41,472 bases of DNA from Calcarisporiella thermophila CBS 279.70 (GCF_041956535.1 NW_027192206.1:619763-661234); one strand, 5' to 3'; counted from the stretch's first letter, positions 1 to 14,510 are shown. Notes: generated by a model not told the origin, from the letters alone. Numbers and translations are program-made.

Positions 1-929
1 AATTGAAGAAGAAAAGTTTCAGAAATATCTTCAACTGTTAATATAATAAAAATTCTATAACTAGTGTAAAACTTCTCGAATACTTTTGTTTGGATTCAAC
101 TTTTCATCAAAAATTATATACCGAATATATACCCATCTTGTTATCTATTATATCTGCTTTTATCTTCATTATGGCAGCTCTTTCGATTTCCATTCCTCGT
201 TTTATTTCTCAGCTTGGGACTCGCTTCTAGCCAAATGCAACACAGAAAAATTGCAAGGTGACTTTAATATATACTTCATCTTCGCTTGATTACAAAGAGC
301 AATAGGACAGTATTGCTCAATTCGTTTTTCATTCCAGAGATGGGATGCTTTTGTATACTCTTTTAATAGAACACACAGATAATCCTTATTATTCCCTAAG
401 TCAACTTGCCTTCCTAGAGAAAGGTGAAAGCAATGAGCTAAGGAAAAAAGCTGTTTTCTGTAAATACTACGAAATTTCCCCGGAAATTTAAAAGGCGGCT
501 GGGTTTTAGGTTTGCTAATAACAAATCGCGTATTGCTTGGATAGTTGAATCGAAATCTGTATTATTTACTTAACAAGGTAATGTCAAGATTACAAACCAT
601 TACTTACTATCTACCAATTCGCGGTTATCTATTATACACAGACGGTACACGACCGAATGGGGGCCAGTCGAATAAACAGAATGGTTCATCTTCCCCTCTA
701 GAAACAAAGCGAGCAGTGAAGCGTAAACTGGGTGAATATTTCTCCAGAAAATTCCTATAAATATTTATTATTCTTAAGTATGCCTGACTTTAGTGCCCAA
801 AGCTGTTTTGGATTTTCTTAGGGAGTCATCTCGGATTGCAACAAATAGAGTTTTAAAAAGGAAGAGGGTGAGACAGAGGAAGAGGCTGGCGAAGGGTATG
901 ATGGTGAGAGATATATTCAGGTTCAGTAT

Positions 930-1830
930 TTGAACGATACAAAGCTGAACATCCTCAAAGGACTTAAAATTTCTCATCCTGATTTCAAGATCTCGAAAGC
1001 AATATTTTATTTTTTAATTCCAAAAAACTTTAAAAAATCGTGTAAGAAAACTAATATGTGCGAGGTATGCGTCGAAGGCAAGAAGAACTTTGATACTCTG
1101 CGCCGTATTCAACGAGATATTCATAACAGTTGCGCCGGAAATTGTTTCGCGGGAGATATAGAGCTTTGTGAACGAGAAGCTACTGAAGAGGGTAAAGCAA
1201 GCAACTGAAGAAGAAAGTTGCTTTATGTACTTCCCACCAGCGCTTTGTGGAAGTGATTAAATCCATGTTTGAGAGAAATTCCAGAGAACTCGAGTAGAAC
1301 ATATTCTTATCATGGACTTCAAAAAGAATTTGCGATTGGGAGGTGGGCCAGCTGAGACAGGAAAATCTTCTTCTCGAAGCAACAGTCTCTTATTTGGGGA
1401 TGGTATTTCTTTCGCCTGACGGAAAGAATATTCTGACTTTTATTCCGATACTTTGAGCCACGATGCATTTTATGTCAAAGATTGCCTTGATATTTTATTT
1501 TCAAAAATATCACTTGACGGGTTTGACACTCTTGAAGTTTAAAGCGATTGTGGACCTCATTTCAAGTTTCAAGAGTTAGCACATTATCTACTTCACGAAT
1601 TTCCGTTAAAGTACAACAGAGAAGTACAAAGAAGTTTCTTTGCTGAATACCACGGAAAGAGTTGGGTAGAAGATCACTCCGGTTTACTCTCCCGCTAGTT
1701 CTCGGCAATTGAATTGACGACTGGAACGAGCTATATCGTTAAGTTGATTTCGTCCTTCGAAGACCGCTTACAAGCAACTAACGACGGTAGGGAACAAGCT
1801 AAAAAATCATCCATCAAATTTTTCCAGTAG
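930..1830 (+). pseudogene. Decayed DDD/E DNA transposase (Sola-like), with stops and frameshifts
   Basis: Fragments in order: CxxC (MCEVC), IMDFKKNL (~1309), *SDCGPHFK (1540-1566), FFAEYHGKSWVEDHSG (1636-1683). They resemble the DFxEN...SDGxxxQFK...FFAxxHGKxxxD motif series of Sola2-type transposases. No TIRs recognised; boundaries approximate. Confidence 0.55.
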
Positions 1831-2172
1831 ACCAGAGACACTAAAGGTCTTGTCGATAGAGAAGGTTTCGAACTTCTTTTCGTGATGAATATTACGAATT
1901 CGTAAAATTCAATATTTATTATCATAATATATTTCAATTAATTACCTTTTTTTTTCCTTATACGTTCGTCTGGGGGTAGTTTAATTTCAATCAATAAGCT
2001 GCCTCAGCAACTTGAATGGACTTTCTACAGTTTCTTCCATTTGGACTAAGCCATCGATTTCAGCAGACTTAGCTTCGAATTATAATATGACTTACGGAGT
2101 TTGAAAATAATATTATCTTTTTGGGCAAAAGAGAGCCTTTCTCCTCCTCTTCTGCAGGATTAATTCACGAAT

Positions 2173-3494
2173 ATGTTCCGGAAGAGTTCGAAACCTTATG
2201 GCTACGAAATGCCTCTCAATCTTGCTCAACTTGGATACAAGCTAGATGAGGTTGGACGCGTGGTATTAATAGAAAATGGTACTTACATTTACGATTAGTT
2301 TGATGTTGACTACTGATTATTGCTCGGTGTATTCTAGGAGAACCGTATAAGTACGAGGTGAAAAAAGACGATAAAATCTTCAATGAGGCTCTATATATTG
2401 CGCTACTAGGTTGGTTCTTTATTTCCTTTCTTACTTCTTTTGTTTGATGTTGCTTTTACTATTGATGGATGTTAATCTGTTTCATTGCACGTTGTTTTGC
2501 TCTAGATACTCTTGCCATTGAAGTGGAGAGAAGACTTTTGGATGCTGGGCTACAAAAGATCAGGTTACCAACCGTTGAGCCAGGATTGGATGACCCTGAC
2601 GCCCCTCATACCAAGTTCTTTATGAGGTCTGCTTTTTCATCATACTCACTTCATTAGGCGTCATCCGCTCACATTTATATTGACAATAGCAAGAATGCCA
2701 TGGCATCTCCTGAGAAGCTAATGCTAATAATCCCCACTCAAAGCGTCCATGCTGCTGTTTGGTCGAATCGTATCATGGTTAATGATGGGATTGACCGAGG
2801 TTCGATAGTTGGATATGTGCATAGAGCCATTAAAGAAGGATATGAGGTGATCGTGTTTAATCCCAGTGAGATTTATTGGCTGGTGGGGGGTAAACGGGTT
2901 GTGGTATGTTTATTTCCACCATTATTTCAGGTGTTTGTTCTTTAGAGAGGTGTTTTGAAGGGGTGATTGTTGAAAAACTGGAATTGTTCACGTAGCCAAA
3001 AATCGACGAGAGGCGTTGGAAGAAGTCAATTCCTATACCCGAGAATGAATCACCGGAAGAGCACTGCGTAAACGTGGTTGATAAATTTGTCAGGTAACAT
3101 AATTTAATTTGATATATATTAATCTCCCATTATTTATTTCGGTTGGATTGTCAATGTAGGAAATCCAATGCGAAAAACATCTTTATCGTTGCCCATGCTT
3201 GGGGCGCCACTCTTGCGGTGGATATGTTAAACAGAGAAAGTAATTGTTCTTTATTACTTCCTTTGGTTTTGAACTTACCCGAGTTCTGAATACTTTCGCG
3301 TTACTCCAGTGGAATACTTCTATCCGCTCACACGGGCAGTTGCATTGATCAATCCTGCGTGCAGACCCACGGAGTTGGAGCTGGATTACAATGTCATCCA
3401 TGTCGAGAGCAGTGAAGCATCCGAGGTGCCCGATCAGGTGATTTACCTTGAAGAGGACCGCATTTTTAAATATTTCGAAGAAAAAACGGGGTAA
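2173..3494 (+). CDS. Arb2/FAM172-like alpha/beta-hydrolase-fold protein (multi-exon)
   Basis: Spliced reading MFRKSSKPYGYEMPLNLAQLGY...KLMLIIP...AVWSNRIMVNDGIDRGSIVGYVHRAIKEGYEVIVFNP...ENESPEEHCVNVVDKFV...IFIVAHAWG matches the FAM172/Arb2 pattern. GT-AG introns join the fragments. Confidence 0.8.
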
Positions 3495-3711
3495 AATGAA
3501 GTCCCATGTATGCACTCTGGTTGAGCAGGAGGGATTGTAAATAAACAATATTCAAATACACTAGGATCATCTGTTTGTAGACCAAATTGAAAATCTTTAT
3601 ATATTTATTTGCAATTAAAGAGTAAAAAAAAAAAAGTAAAAAGAAATGAAATTTGCAACCTTAATTATTGAAAAAAAATATAAAATATACATTAGAGTAT
3701 TTAGCAAATAT

Positions 3712-5721
3712 TTATTTCGCATGCGACCTCATCTTCTCTAGCTCCTTCTGGACATCCTTTCGGCTGGGGGGTGAGGTGCCCGCTGGCGATCCCGCAGATC
3801 CCACCGATGTGACAGAGGGAGAGTTGCCGCCGCCAGATCCCTTTTTGTAGAGCAGTGACTGGAAGAAATTGGCCAGCACTTCGTTTTGCGATGGGGTGGA
3901 GCCCGCCCCCGCTCCACCCGTGGTGAGGTTGGGAGAAGTTACCGCTGAGGAAGATGGTGTCGAGGAGGTTTGCGAAGAAGAGGCCGAGCTAGTGGGCTTA
4001 AGCTTGGTGAGACGCGCGAGGCGGGCAGCAACATCATCTGCATCAATCTCTTGAGTGGTGAGTCCAGGGAGGTTGATTACAGAGGCTGGCATGCCAATTG
4101 GCCCCACGACGGAGGGAAGGTTGCCTTGTCCTGCCAAACCGGGACGCTCAGCTCCCGGATTCGTGCGCTGGAGAGTCTCGAGGTGCTTCTCGAAGAACAC
4201 TTGCTCGTCCTCAGCGGTGATGGTCGCCTGGACCGTGAGGGTATTGTCCACAGCATGCTCGCGATCCGCGATCACTTCAGCAAATATTCTACGTGCGCTC
4301 ATGATCTCTCCTCTCGCTTCAGCTTCGACCAATTCGTCGGTGCCTTTCACGTCAAGTTCCCAACCTCGACTAACGCCATCGCAGTCATAGCCTTCACGGA
4401 GCACATTGATTTTATTCCATGAGTCCCAACCAGCTGGAACAATGATGACTTCACGTTCAACCACTCGTGCACGAGAGGTGAAGGCGTACGGTGGTTTCAC
4501 ACCTGCTGATGATACGGCGCTCGTATTGCTGAGAGAAGTGTATAGGTGACGGTGAATGATGTAGTTTCGAAGGGTGGAATAGGTTTCTGGTTTTCGGTTG
4601 GATGTATAGAACAAAGCCGCACCATACTTCAGACAAACTGTGCGTAGGGTTTGTTGGATAAAATCAAATTCGTCGTCTTTGTAATCTAGCTCGCGCTCTA
4701 ATTTGGTGACAAGATCCGATTTGTTGCACACGACAATCAAGGGAATGCCAAGATTTTCGGTGAGAATACCGGGGCCTAGAGGGAGGGTCACGTTGGCGAC
4801 GTGAGAAGAGTCGACAATCGCCGAGTTTGTGACAGAGGTGGTGCCATGGGCTCCATCGGAGTCGGGCGCAGGTGGCTCCACGTAGTTTTGTATATAGCTC
4901 TCAACTGAACATGATAGTATTTTCGCCATCAATAAAATTCCTCAAAACGTGTGCAGATAGGATATCTTACTTCTTTCCCGCATCTCGTCCAATATCGCCT
5001 TTCCTCGGGTCCATCCGCCCTCCTTACCCGCTGCGCCTTCCCGCGAAACTGCATCCACAGCCGAGTGTAGGACGCGAACCCATCGCTCAAAAGTTTCAAC
5101 AAATGTCCAGGGGCGCGACCAATCAAGAACAATGACTACAAGTGAATCGGGGAGGGAATCAGCATTAAGTACAAAACGAAGAAGGGGCGCGAATGATGGA
5201 TGCGAGCTGGCAAGTTGATAAAAGGAAAGTCGGGCAATGATATCTATAGATAAATTAAAAGGCGATTATTTCGTGAACGCATAACTGAAGTTCCAAGACC
5301 GCACAAACCCTCATTCTCTTCATCTTTCACATCGGAAAAGGTATAGCTCAAGGCCATTTCATTTTTTTTGTCTCCATCTGTGGCATTTGGTCCATTTTTA
5401 TCCTCCTCAGTGCCTGTTCCAACATCATGGGAGCTACTATCGGGTTCTTCAAGCTTAAGATGTCGAATAAGTGTCGATTTGCCAGAGTGAGTATCACCTA
5501 GTAAAGGGGATGTTTTCAGTTGGAGACTGGATCCCTTGAAAAGAAGAACGAGAGTTCAGCATTTTACCTAAGACAAGAACATTCTTAGTAGGCACAATCT
5601 TAGAAGCTACAACGCTTTTTAGGATAGTGGACCATATTTCTTCAGGTTGATGATTGCTAGATTCACCACTAGTCCCGTTGACCTGAGCCGTTTCCTCTGC
5701 TATTGCAGTGTTGGGCGGCAT
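3712..5721 (-). CDS. DYNC1LI: Cytoplasmic dynein light intermediate chain (multi-exon)
   Basis: P-loop split by an intron (VLVLG|DTHSGKSTLI), plus VIVLDWSRPW, LPLGPGILTENLGIPLIVVCNKSD, DFIQQTLRTVCLKYGAALFYTS, IVPAGWDSWNKI and C-terminal NEVLANFFQSLL. Confidence 0.95.
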
Positions 5722-5990
5722 CTTGAGAATCTTTAGGAATCAGATGAAAACTGACGCGAAAGGAGCCGACAAAAAAAATAATAAAATTTCTGAAACTAGA
5801 AATTTCAGACGCATCAGGGGCAATTGGTTAGCTGGGGAAGCAGCAGGACCAAAAATCCTTTTATTTTCAATATTCGAAATATCGTTAAATGTTTCTTGAA
5901 TGAAAAGCACATGTGGCTGAAGAGGGGGGAGTTAAATATTCTCTTGGGGAAATTTTGGTCATGAGCTTCGATGGAAAGAACTTTTCCTAA

Positions 5991-7409
<1,419 letters not shown>

Positions 7410-8942
7410 TTATTGTATAAAAAAAAAATAGGGTGGGGTAGATCGAGGCGGTCAAGGCCGTCAAGAACTACTATTATATATGCAATGGGATTTCGGGCTC
7501 GACCGGAAATGGCTCAATTATGGTCGCGGTAATTTTTCGAGCAAAAGGTAAGAACCGGAAGCAATAAGAGGTAAGAAACGCGTGTTTGCAGCACAAATAC
7601 ACGTATTTCAATAAACTGGATCTCCTCTCTCGCAGCATCCCTTTCTCTATTTGCTAAACCCAAGGATGATAATTCTTTCGCATCTGACCTCTCCAACTAT
7701 GATCAGATCTGAGAAGGAAAAATTTAACGCTACTGGATGAATATCAGAATAATTTCAGAATATTCAAATTACCCCACAGAGATCGAGCTCTAGCTATGAC
7801 TGAGTAAGTGGATCGAACCGGAAGCGTTTCCAATATTTATTTTCTTTGTTTTTTTTGCTCTTCTCGCCACGTAATTTTGCGGAACAATAGATCCACCGAA
7901 GTTGAGGAAGCTATTTGTATTTGACAATAAATCCGGGCTTATTATAACAAACTTTGCCGTTACTAATGTTTAAGAAACGTTTAATATGTTAAGTGAGGCA
8001 TTTATCAGCTTACAAATAAGTTAAAGTGAGCGAAATCACCAGACGCAACTACCTCTTCTGAGTGTCAATCCTCGAACCAAATCTGCTCCACTAGGCTGCC
8101 AATAGGAAAGGGTGACACGGCGATTGCATTCATGGGGCCTCGTTGACGTGAGAAGAGAAGTGGACTTGGGCCCAAATGGATATCGGCCTAGTACAAAAGC
8201 ACGGTGAGCACAGGGTTTCCTTCCGTTTTAGTATTGATGACTTTGTGACCACCTTCATATAAAAGGCGGTTTTCCCAGTTAGCAGCCAACTTGCCATTAT
8301 TGCTCTAAACTGTACGCAGGGTAGGACGAACGAAATGTCCTCACGGCCGGAATGGGACCAGTTTCAGAAACAAACCTAGCTAAGCTGGCTCTATTTGGAG
8401 GCAGAGGGGGAGAAAAAAACTTAGATTTGGCCAGGCTAGGTGGGAAAATCAATTTTCAGAGTCGGGCTTACTGCCACAGCAAAATCTCAGCGGGCAAAGA
8501 ATTTAACTGTGTGGATTCAATTTATTTCAGCCAACATCCAGCGGAACTCTGTGGAATAGTGTTTGCTCTGGAGATGCATAAAGTTTTTGTACAGAACAGA
8601 GAAGTTTATCCTCAGCCCAAAAGAAGGTGGCTCACCGCGGAATGTAAATATGGAGAGCCGGTGCAAATCGCTCCTCTTTGTTTCCCCCCTTCCCCCCTCT
8701 TCTCCCTCGCCGTGTCCTCCAGTCGTTCTCTCTAAACCCGGTGGTATCAAAGTAGCCGTTATCTTTCATGGCACGCTAGAGGTAATAGTGAGCAAATATT
8801 CGCTGCTTTTAAGAGGAGGCTTTGAGCCGAGTGTACTATTTTGAAAGTACGCGTCCTCTTAAAATATTCAGCTGGCTCTCCTTTAGATAAGCGCTTAATA
8901 ATATTTGTATATCAAATACTCTTGTAGAGGATAGACAACATC

Positions 8943-10112
8943 ATGCTCATAGGACCTGCACAAACAGCCATCAATGTGATATCAGCTATTTGCGGTCTGC
9001 TGATGATGGTTGTCGTCGGCTGGCTGAGATATTTAAGACCCAATCTTGTCGACACCGTCTCTTTCAAGTTATCGTTCTGGATTGGACTGGTGGATATGCT
9101 CTGGCGGTCCCAATACCTAATAGAGATGTCGGATGAGCTGATGTACCCGTTGGCGGGCCAGCACAACGGGTTCCTCGACCTGCTCTCTTGGGCGCACTCG
9201 TATTTGCGTTTGTCAGCTGCATTTCTTACAGTCTGCATCGCCTTCGATTTGCAGATGTCGTTCATTCATCACCATAGGCGGATGCGACAGTTTCAGCGAT
9301 GCTATACCCTCTTTTCATTCTTGCTTGCATTAGCTCTCTCTCTCGTGTGGGTAATAAGGGGTCATGCAACCTTTAGAATAGATTGGAATGCCCTCGATGT
9401 CGGATGGCCGTACGAAGAGTTTCTTCTTGTCAACAGCCTCTCGCTAGCACTGTGGATTGGGATTTCGATTATGTATTCAACCGTCGTGGTCGCCCTGGTG
9501 CTGGCCCGCGTTCTTCGCGAGACTCGTAAGCTCAATGAGTCACGGGATATTAGTGAGGCAGCGAAGCAGCGGGAGCGGTTGATGATCAAATCGGTTTTAC
9601 GGGTCCTCCTCTATCCCATTGTGCTTATTATTACCCAGCCTTCGGGAATCGCTGCTGATTGTCTAACCACAAATCCTCATACCCCACTTGCAAGATTCAC
9701 CATCAATATCGACGCTGTCCTGCAAGGTTCCATAGGCATTCTCAATCTTATTGTATTTTTGTTGAACCCCACGCTGCATCGGGCCCTCGAAGACATTCCT
9801 TGGTTTCGAAAGCGCTGGCCGTTTAAGCAAGAATCTCCCCCGCATCTTGGAGAATTTTTCACCACAGGGCCAAACAAACAGGATATGGATGCTGTTCGCG
9901 CCATGGGAAGGATTCAGCTTCAACTAGGAACTTTCGGCTTTCTCTCAACCTTTGGAAGTGTATCGTCCCCGCAAGCCAATGGCGATGAACAGAACCAAGA
10001 AGAATCTGAAGGCTCCACAATGGTGGTAACTCAAGAAGAAACCCGCGGATCCTCGGAAGAGGAGGAGGAGGAGGAGGAGAGGCAAGCTTCTTCACAGGGT
10101 CCACAACCCTAG
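8943..10112 (+). CDS. Intronless 7-TM GPCR-like protein (Git3/cAMP-receptor-like), paralogue 1
   Basis: 389 aa with about seven hydrophobic segments; DTVSFKL after TM1, IAFDLQ at the end of TM3, RVLLYPIVLIITQP (TM6), QGSIGILNLIVFLLNP (TM7); acidic C-tail. Confidence 0.75.
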   Translation: MLIGPAQTAINVISAICGLLMMVVVGWLRYLRPNLVDTVSFKLSFWIGLVDMLWRSQYLIEMSDELMYPLAGQHNGFLDLLSWAHSYLRLSAAFLTVCIAFDLQMSFIHHHRRMRQFQRCYTLFSFLLALALSLVWVIRGHATFRIDWNALDVGWPYEEFLLVNSLSLALWIGISIMYSTVVVALVLARVLRETRKLNESRDISEAAKQRERLMIKSVLRVLLYPIVLIITQPSGIAADCLTTNPHTPLARFTINIDAVLQGSIGILNLIVFLLNPTLHRALEDIPWFRKRWPFKQESPPHLGEFFTTGPNKQDMDAVRAMGRIQLQLGTFGFLSTFGSVSSPQANGDEQNQEESEGSTMVVTQEETRGSSEEEEEEEERQASSQGPQP

Positions 10113-10682
10113 TTATAATTGTTTAAATGCGCAATTGTACTTTCTTTCTTTTTTTCTGCTATTGGCGTTTATGTTGATTCATATATCCCTCTATTCATAC
10201 TTTTTGTATAGTTTGAGCGAGTCTCGCATTCAATTTTCACTGGATATCTTTTTGCTATACCAATTTGGAACCCATCTTCTGTTCTATTAGTGCTTAATAA
10301 TAATAGCCCCTGGCACAGAAAGTAAATATTGGATTTTTTGGGTCTCCCAAGCATTCACAAGATAGGGTTTTGGATGAATTGTGGAATTGAGAAAACAGCG
10401 TAAAGTTAGCCTTTTGTCCTCCCAAATGCAAAAATCTCCGCAAGATTTCATCCATAGGTCCTCTAAAGAAAGTTTATTTTTTCCCTCCTCATTTAAATAA
10501 TGACTTAGTGAGGGAACATTTTCTTTCGCACCAGGTTCACTCCATTCCCCATATTTTACGTCTATTTGTGCGGATATATCCGCTGGTTTCGCGCGAAGGA
10601 GCACTTTCATTTGGAAGCATAGAACTGATATTTGCACGCTCTACCTGTATCAAATTCCATCGTCCGACAATCCACCTACACA

Positions 10683-11744
10683 ATGCTAATCGGTCCAGGT
10701 CAGATCACAGTGAATGTAATATCGGCAATATGTGGGCTGGTGATGATGATTATCGTTGCCTGGTTCCGCTATAGGCAGCCGGATGTCGCCAACACAGTCT
10801 CTTTCAAGCTCACCTTCTGGATTGGGTTGGTGGATATGCTCTGGCGTGTGGAGTATTTATTGGAGATGTCCGACGAGATCATGTACCCGATGGCCGGCCA
10901 GTATAACGGGTTCCTCGATCTCCTCTCCTGGGCGCACTCCTTTCTGCGTATCTGGGCCGCATTCCTCACGGTGTGTATTGCGTTTGATCTGCAATTGACG
11001 TTTATACACAAAAAGACACAAATCAACCACATTCAGCGCTGGTATGTGCTTGCTTCCCTCTTAGCGGCATTCGCGCTCTCGCTGGTGTGGCTTATCAAGA
11101 GCCATGTCACCTTTAGAACTGACTGGAATGCTATGGATGTTGGATGGCCATATGAGGAGTTTGTTCTCGTCAATACAGTTTCTGTAGTCATATGGATTGG
11201 GCTTTCTATCTTTTACTCCTTAATTGTTGTGATAATGGTGCTTGTTCGCGTGCTTAAGGTGACCAGAGAGATGAAGCAACGGAATATTAGCCCCGCGATC
11301 CGTGAGAAAGAGCGCCGGCTGGTCAAATCTGTTCTCCGCGTCCTTCTCTATCCTGTTGTGCTTATTATCACGCAGCCTTCAGGACTTGCGGCCGACTGCC
11401 TCACCACTGATCCTACTACCCCTCTAGCCATGTTCACCATTAGTGCAGACGGCTTCTTGCAGGGCTCTATTGGAATTTTAAATCTAATTGTGTTCTGCTT
11501 TAATCCAGCCCTGCATCGTGCTCTCGAGCGAACCTCGTGGTGGCCTTATAAGTCTAGTAGTGGGCAAGGCGACCTTGAAGACGGCAACAAAAATGATTTA
11601 GACTTGCAAGAGATGACACATGATCCAGGAGTCACGGAATTCGAGAAGCTCGGAGAGGCAAGGGAAGCTTCCTTCTTGCAGACCCATGTCCAGCAACACG
11701 ATAACTATAAGCTTGTGCCCGATGAACCCAGGAGAAATGTATGA
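10683..11744 (+). CDS. Intronless 7-TM GPCR-like protein, paralogue 2 (tandem duplicate)
   Basis: ATG at 10683 gives MLIGPGQ, matching paralogue 1's MLIGPAQ. Long near-identical blocks such as FWIGLVDMLWR, NGFLDLLSWAHS and DVGWPYEEF; unrelated C-tail. Confidence 0.75.
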   Translation: MLIGPGQITVNVISAICGLVMMIIVAWFRYRQPDVANTVSFKLTFWIGLVDMLWRVEYLLEMSDEIMYPMAGQYNGFLDLLSWAHSFLRIWAAFLTVCIAFDLQLTFIHKKTQINHIQRWYVLASLLAAFALSLVWLIKSHVTFRTDWNAMDVGWPYEEFVLVNTVSVVIWIGLSIFYSLIVVIMVLVRVLKVTREMKQRNISPAIREKERRLVKSVLRVLLYPVVLIITQPSGLAADCLTTDPTTPLAMFTISADGFLQGSIGILNLIVFCFNPALHRALERTSWWPYKSSSGQGDLEDGNKNDLDLQEMTHDPGVTEFEKLGEAREASFLQTHVQQHDNYKLVPDEPRRNV

Positions 11745-12230
11745 AAGTTATGGTATAATATATGTTGTTTTTGTATACATCCATCGTTTATATAGCAAGC
11801 TTTAATATTTAATAAAATACCTTTGTTTTTTTCAATGCAAACTATGCTGTTCTACACGAATGACATTGCAAGAAGTCAAAAACCAATGTGATTCACAGCT
11901 GTATGGCTCTCCGAGCCTGACCAGTTTGGCATGGGGGTACGGCCGAGAAATTCCTGCAGAACATTGATGGAATGGGTCAGTTGGAAGATAATATATAGTT
12001 ATCCAGAGCAAGCTTCATAAAATATTGTGTAATCTGATCGACATTATAACAAATTTCGACAAAGGACTCGTTGCTGACAGAAACGCTGAGTCAGCTCTCA
12101 TAAGAAGTATCCGAAAATAAACGCTATCTCAATGAGTATATATAAAAAAAAAAGGATATAAAAGGCATTTCTCAAAGATATGCAAATTCACTTCTAAATT
12201 GCTTCGCATAACCACCTGTTCGATTGAAAT

Positions 12231-14142
12231 ATGCACGTCTTCCTTGCGACTTTACTGTTGATTTTAGTACCCTTTTCGACATTAGCCTCGGGAGATCCTC
12301 TTCAAGAGGCGCAGTTAAAGGGCAGCTATGAAATCGCAAAGCATCCAGCCTTCCCAAACTATTCAATCAGCTTTAAGAAGCCTACTATATGTGATCCGGC
12401 GGTGAATCAGGTTGGATTTGATATTAGAGATATCACTGCAATGAAAATTACATAGGGATCTCTTTCATCGTATTAGGTAGCGGGATATCTTGATACAGAT
12501 GCAAACAACCACTTCTTCTTTTGGTTCTTTGAGTCTCGCAGTAACCCGCAAAAGGATCCTCTAGTTCTTTGGTTGAACGGTGGGCCAGGTTGCTCTTCAA
12601 TGCTAGGGCTTTTCATGGAGCTTGGGTAAGTTGTTGTTTGATTCATTGTTTATAAATGACTAATCAATCAAAATATTCAAGACCTTGTCGTGTGCGTGAG
12701 AACGGGGGTGGAACTGTGCTCAATCAATATGGATGGAACAACAATACGAATATTATTTTCCTTGATCAGGTAGGGCTAACGAGCACATAATTGGATTACA
12801 TTTGATTCAACATTATAAACATGGTATTTATCCTGTATGTTCAACATTCAATATTTTTAGCCTGCAAACGTTGGATATTCGTATGGAAGCTCACAAACAT
12901 CTACTTCACTCATGGCAGCCAAGGATGTCTACGCGTTCTTGCAAATCTTTTTACAAAAATACCCACAGTATGCTAACGCCGATTTTCACGTAGCGGGAGA
13001 AAGTTATGCTGGTATGCATTTGTGATTTTATCGTTTCTGCCCCCTATACCTCATGCTAACCAATCTCATAACCAGGTCATTACATCCCCAACATCGGATC
13101 CGTTATTCACAAAAATAATAAGGGTCAATTCAGCTCGATGGAATTGCAGGCCCAAGCTCAAACTTTGCAAAAGATAAACCTCAAATCCCTTTTGATTGGG
13201 AATGGAGCCACCGATGGGCTTGTTCAGTACAAATACTACGAGCAAATGGGATGCCGCAACTCTTACAATATCCGAATTTTCTCCGATCGCACCTGCGCTG
13301 GAATGAATTCGAGCTACCCCACTTGTGCAGGAAAGATAAGAAGCTGCTATAATACACAAAGCGCCGGTGCTTGCACAGATGCTAGCAACTATTGCGACCA
13401 GGCAATGATTAGCCCCTTTCCCGGTTCACTAAACATCTATGATATCCGCCGTAGATGCGAAGGCGGATCTTTATGCTATCCAATTATCTCTGCCATCGAA
13501 TCTTACCTCAATCGCAATGATGTGAAGAAGGAGCTCGGGGTCAGAGTAAGTAGGTTCCAAACTTGTAGTGGCTCAGTAGGTTCTCGTTTTGCAAGGACAG
13601 GGGACGGAATGTTTCCCGCTCATCGTCTCCTTCCACCACTTTTGGAGGACGGCATCCGGATCTTGATTTATGTAAGTGGATCCTCCGGCCTAGTGTTTGA
13701 TTATACAAGACTTATATAACCCATTTTTCTTTTTATATCAAATATTTAAGGTTGGAGATGGTAAGTTTACATTATTCGCCTGGGTTTTTTCATTGAGATT
13801 TCAATTTTTTAAACCTCTTATTATATCACGATGCTAGCTGATTATATCTGTAAGTTATGATCTTTTATTGCATTGATTTCCTTTATCCAATCTTAATTAC
13901 CCGCTATTATAGGCAACTGGTATGGAAATAAAGCCTGGACGATCGAGCTTCCATGGTCAGGCCAATCTGAATTCAAAGCATCAAAGGATGTAGTGTGGGG
14001 CGGCAATATTGGAGAGTTACGCAAGACAGAGAACAATCGGTTCGCATTCCTCAGAGTATACGCAGCTGGTCATATGGTACCTTACGATCAGCCTAAAAAT
14101 TCTTTGATCATGTTCAATCGTTGGATATCCAACGAATTTTGA
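12231..14142 (+). CDS. Secreted/vacuolar serine carboxypeptidase (S10, carboxypeptidase Y-like), multi-exon
   Basis: Signal peptide, [25 protein letters not shown], catalytic GESYAGHY, GDADYICN (across micro-exons) and [10 protein letters not shown]; stop TGA at 14140-14142. Confidence 0.95.
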
Positions 14143-14480
14143 GCTTGATAAATAAGAACCTTTTACTTCTCCTTGAAGAATTAATAATATCGTGGCGTGT
14201 AATTTGAGTTTACTCTTTCTAGTAAACATATCGGTGTCATGAGGACGGCTATACTATAGCATTTTTCGACGAGTAATTAAAATAGCTTTAAAACCAATTT
14301 TGACCATGCTTGCTGCTTAATAGTTTTGAATTACAATGAAATTCCCTATATCAGTGCAAAGGTTCCACTTTTAATTCGATCTTTTACCAAATACATGTCC
14401 TATCTTTTCCTCTTTTAAGTAAGCCTTAATATTTTGTCGCATTTGTGGCAAAAAGTGGCACAGCATTATCTTTTAGAAGT

Positions 14481-14510
14481 CGCGTAATTTGGTCTGTTGG
14501 AATTACGCGT
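14481..14510. promoter_or_regulatory. Inverted pair of MCB-like CGCG boxes upstream of the HAUS2-like gene
   Basis: CGCGTAATT (14481-14489) and its reverse complement AATTACGCG (14501-14509); exact ACGCGT at 14505-14510, about 30 nt before the ATG. Confidence 0.4.

Noticed and set aside
3869-4422. Plus-strand ORFs inside dynein LIC, and similar antisense ORFs in enolase, the GPCRs and gag-pol
   Set aside because: Antisense or off-frame shadows of real coding sequence with no independent motifs.
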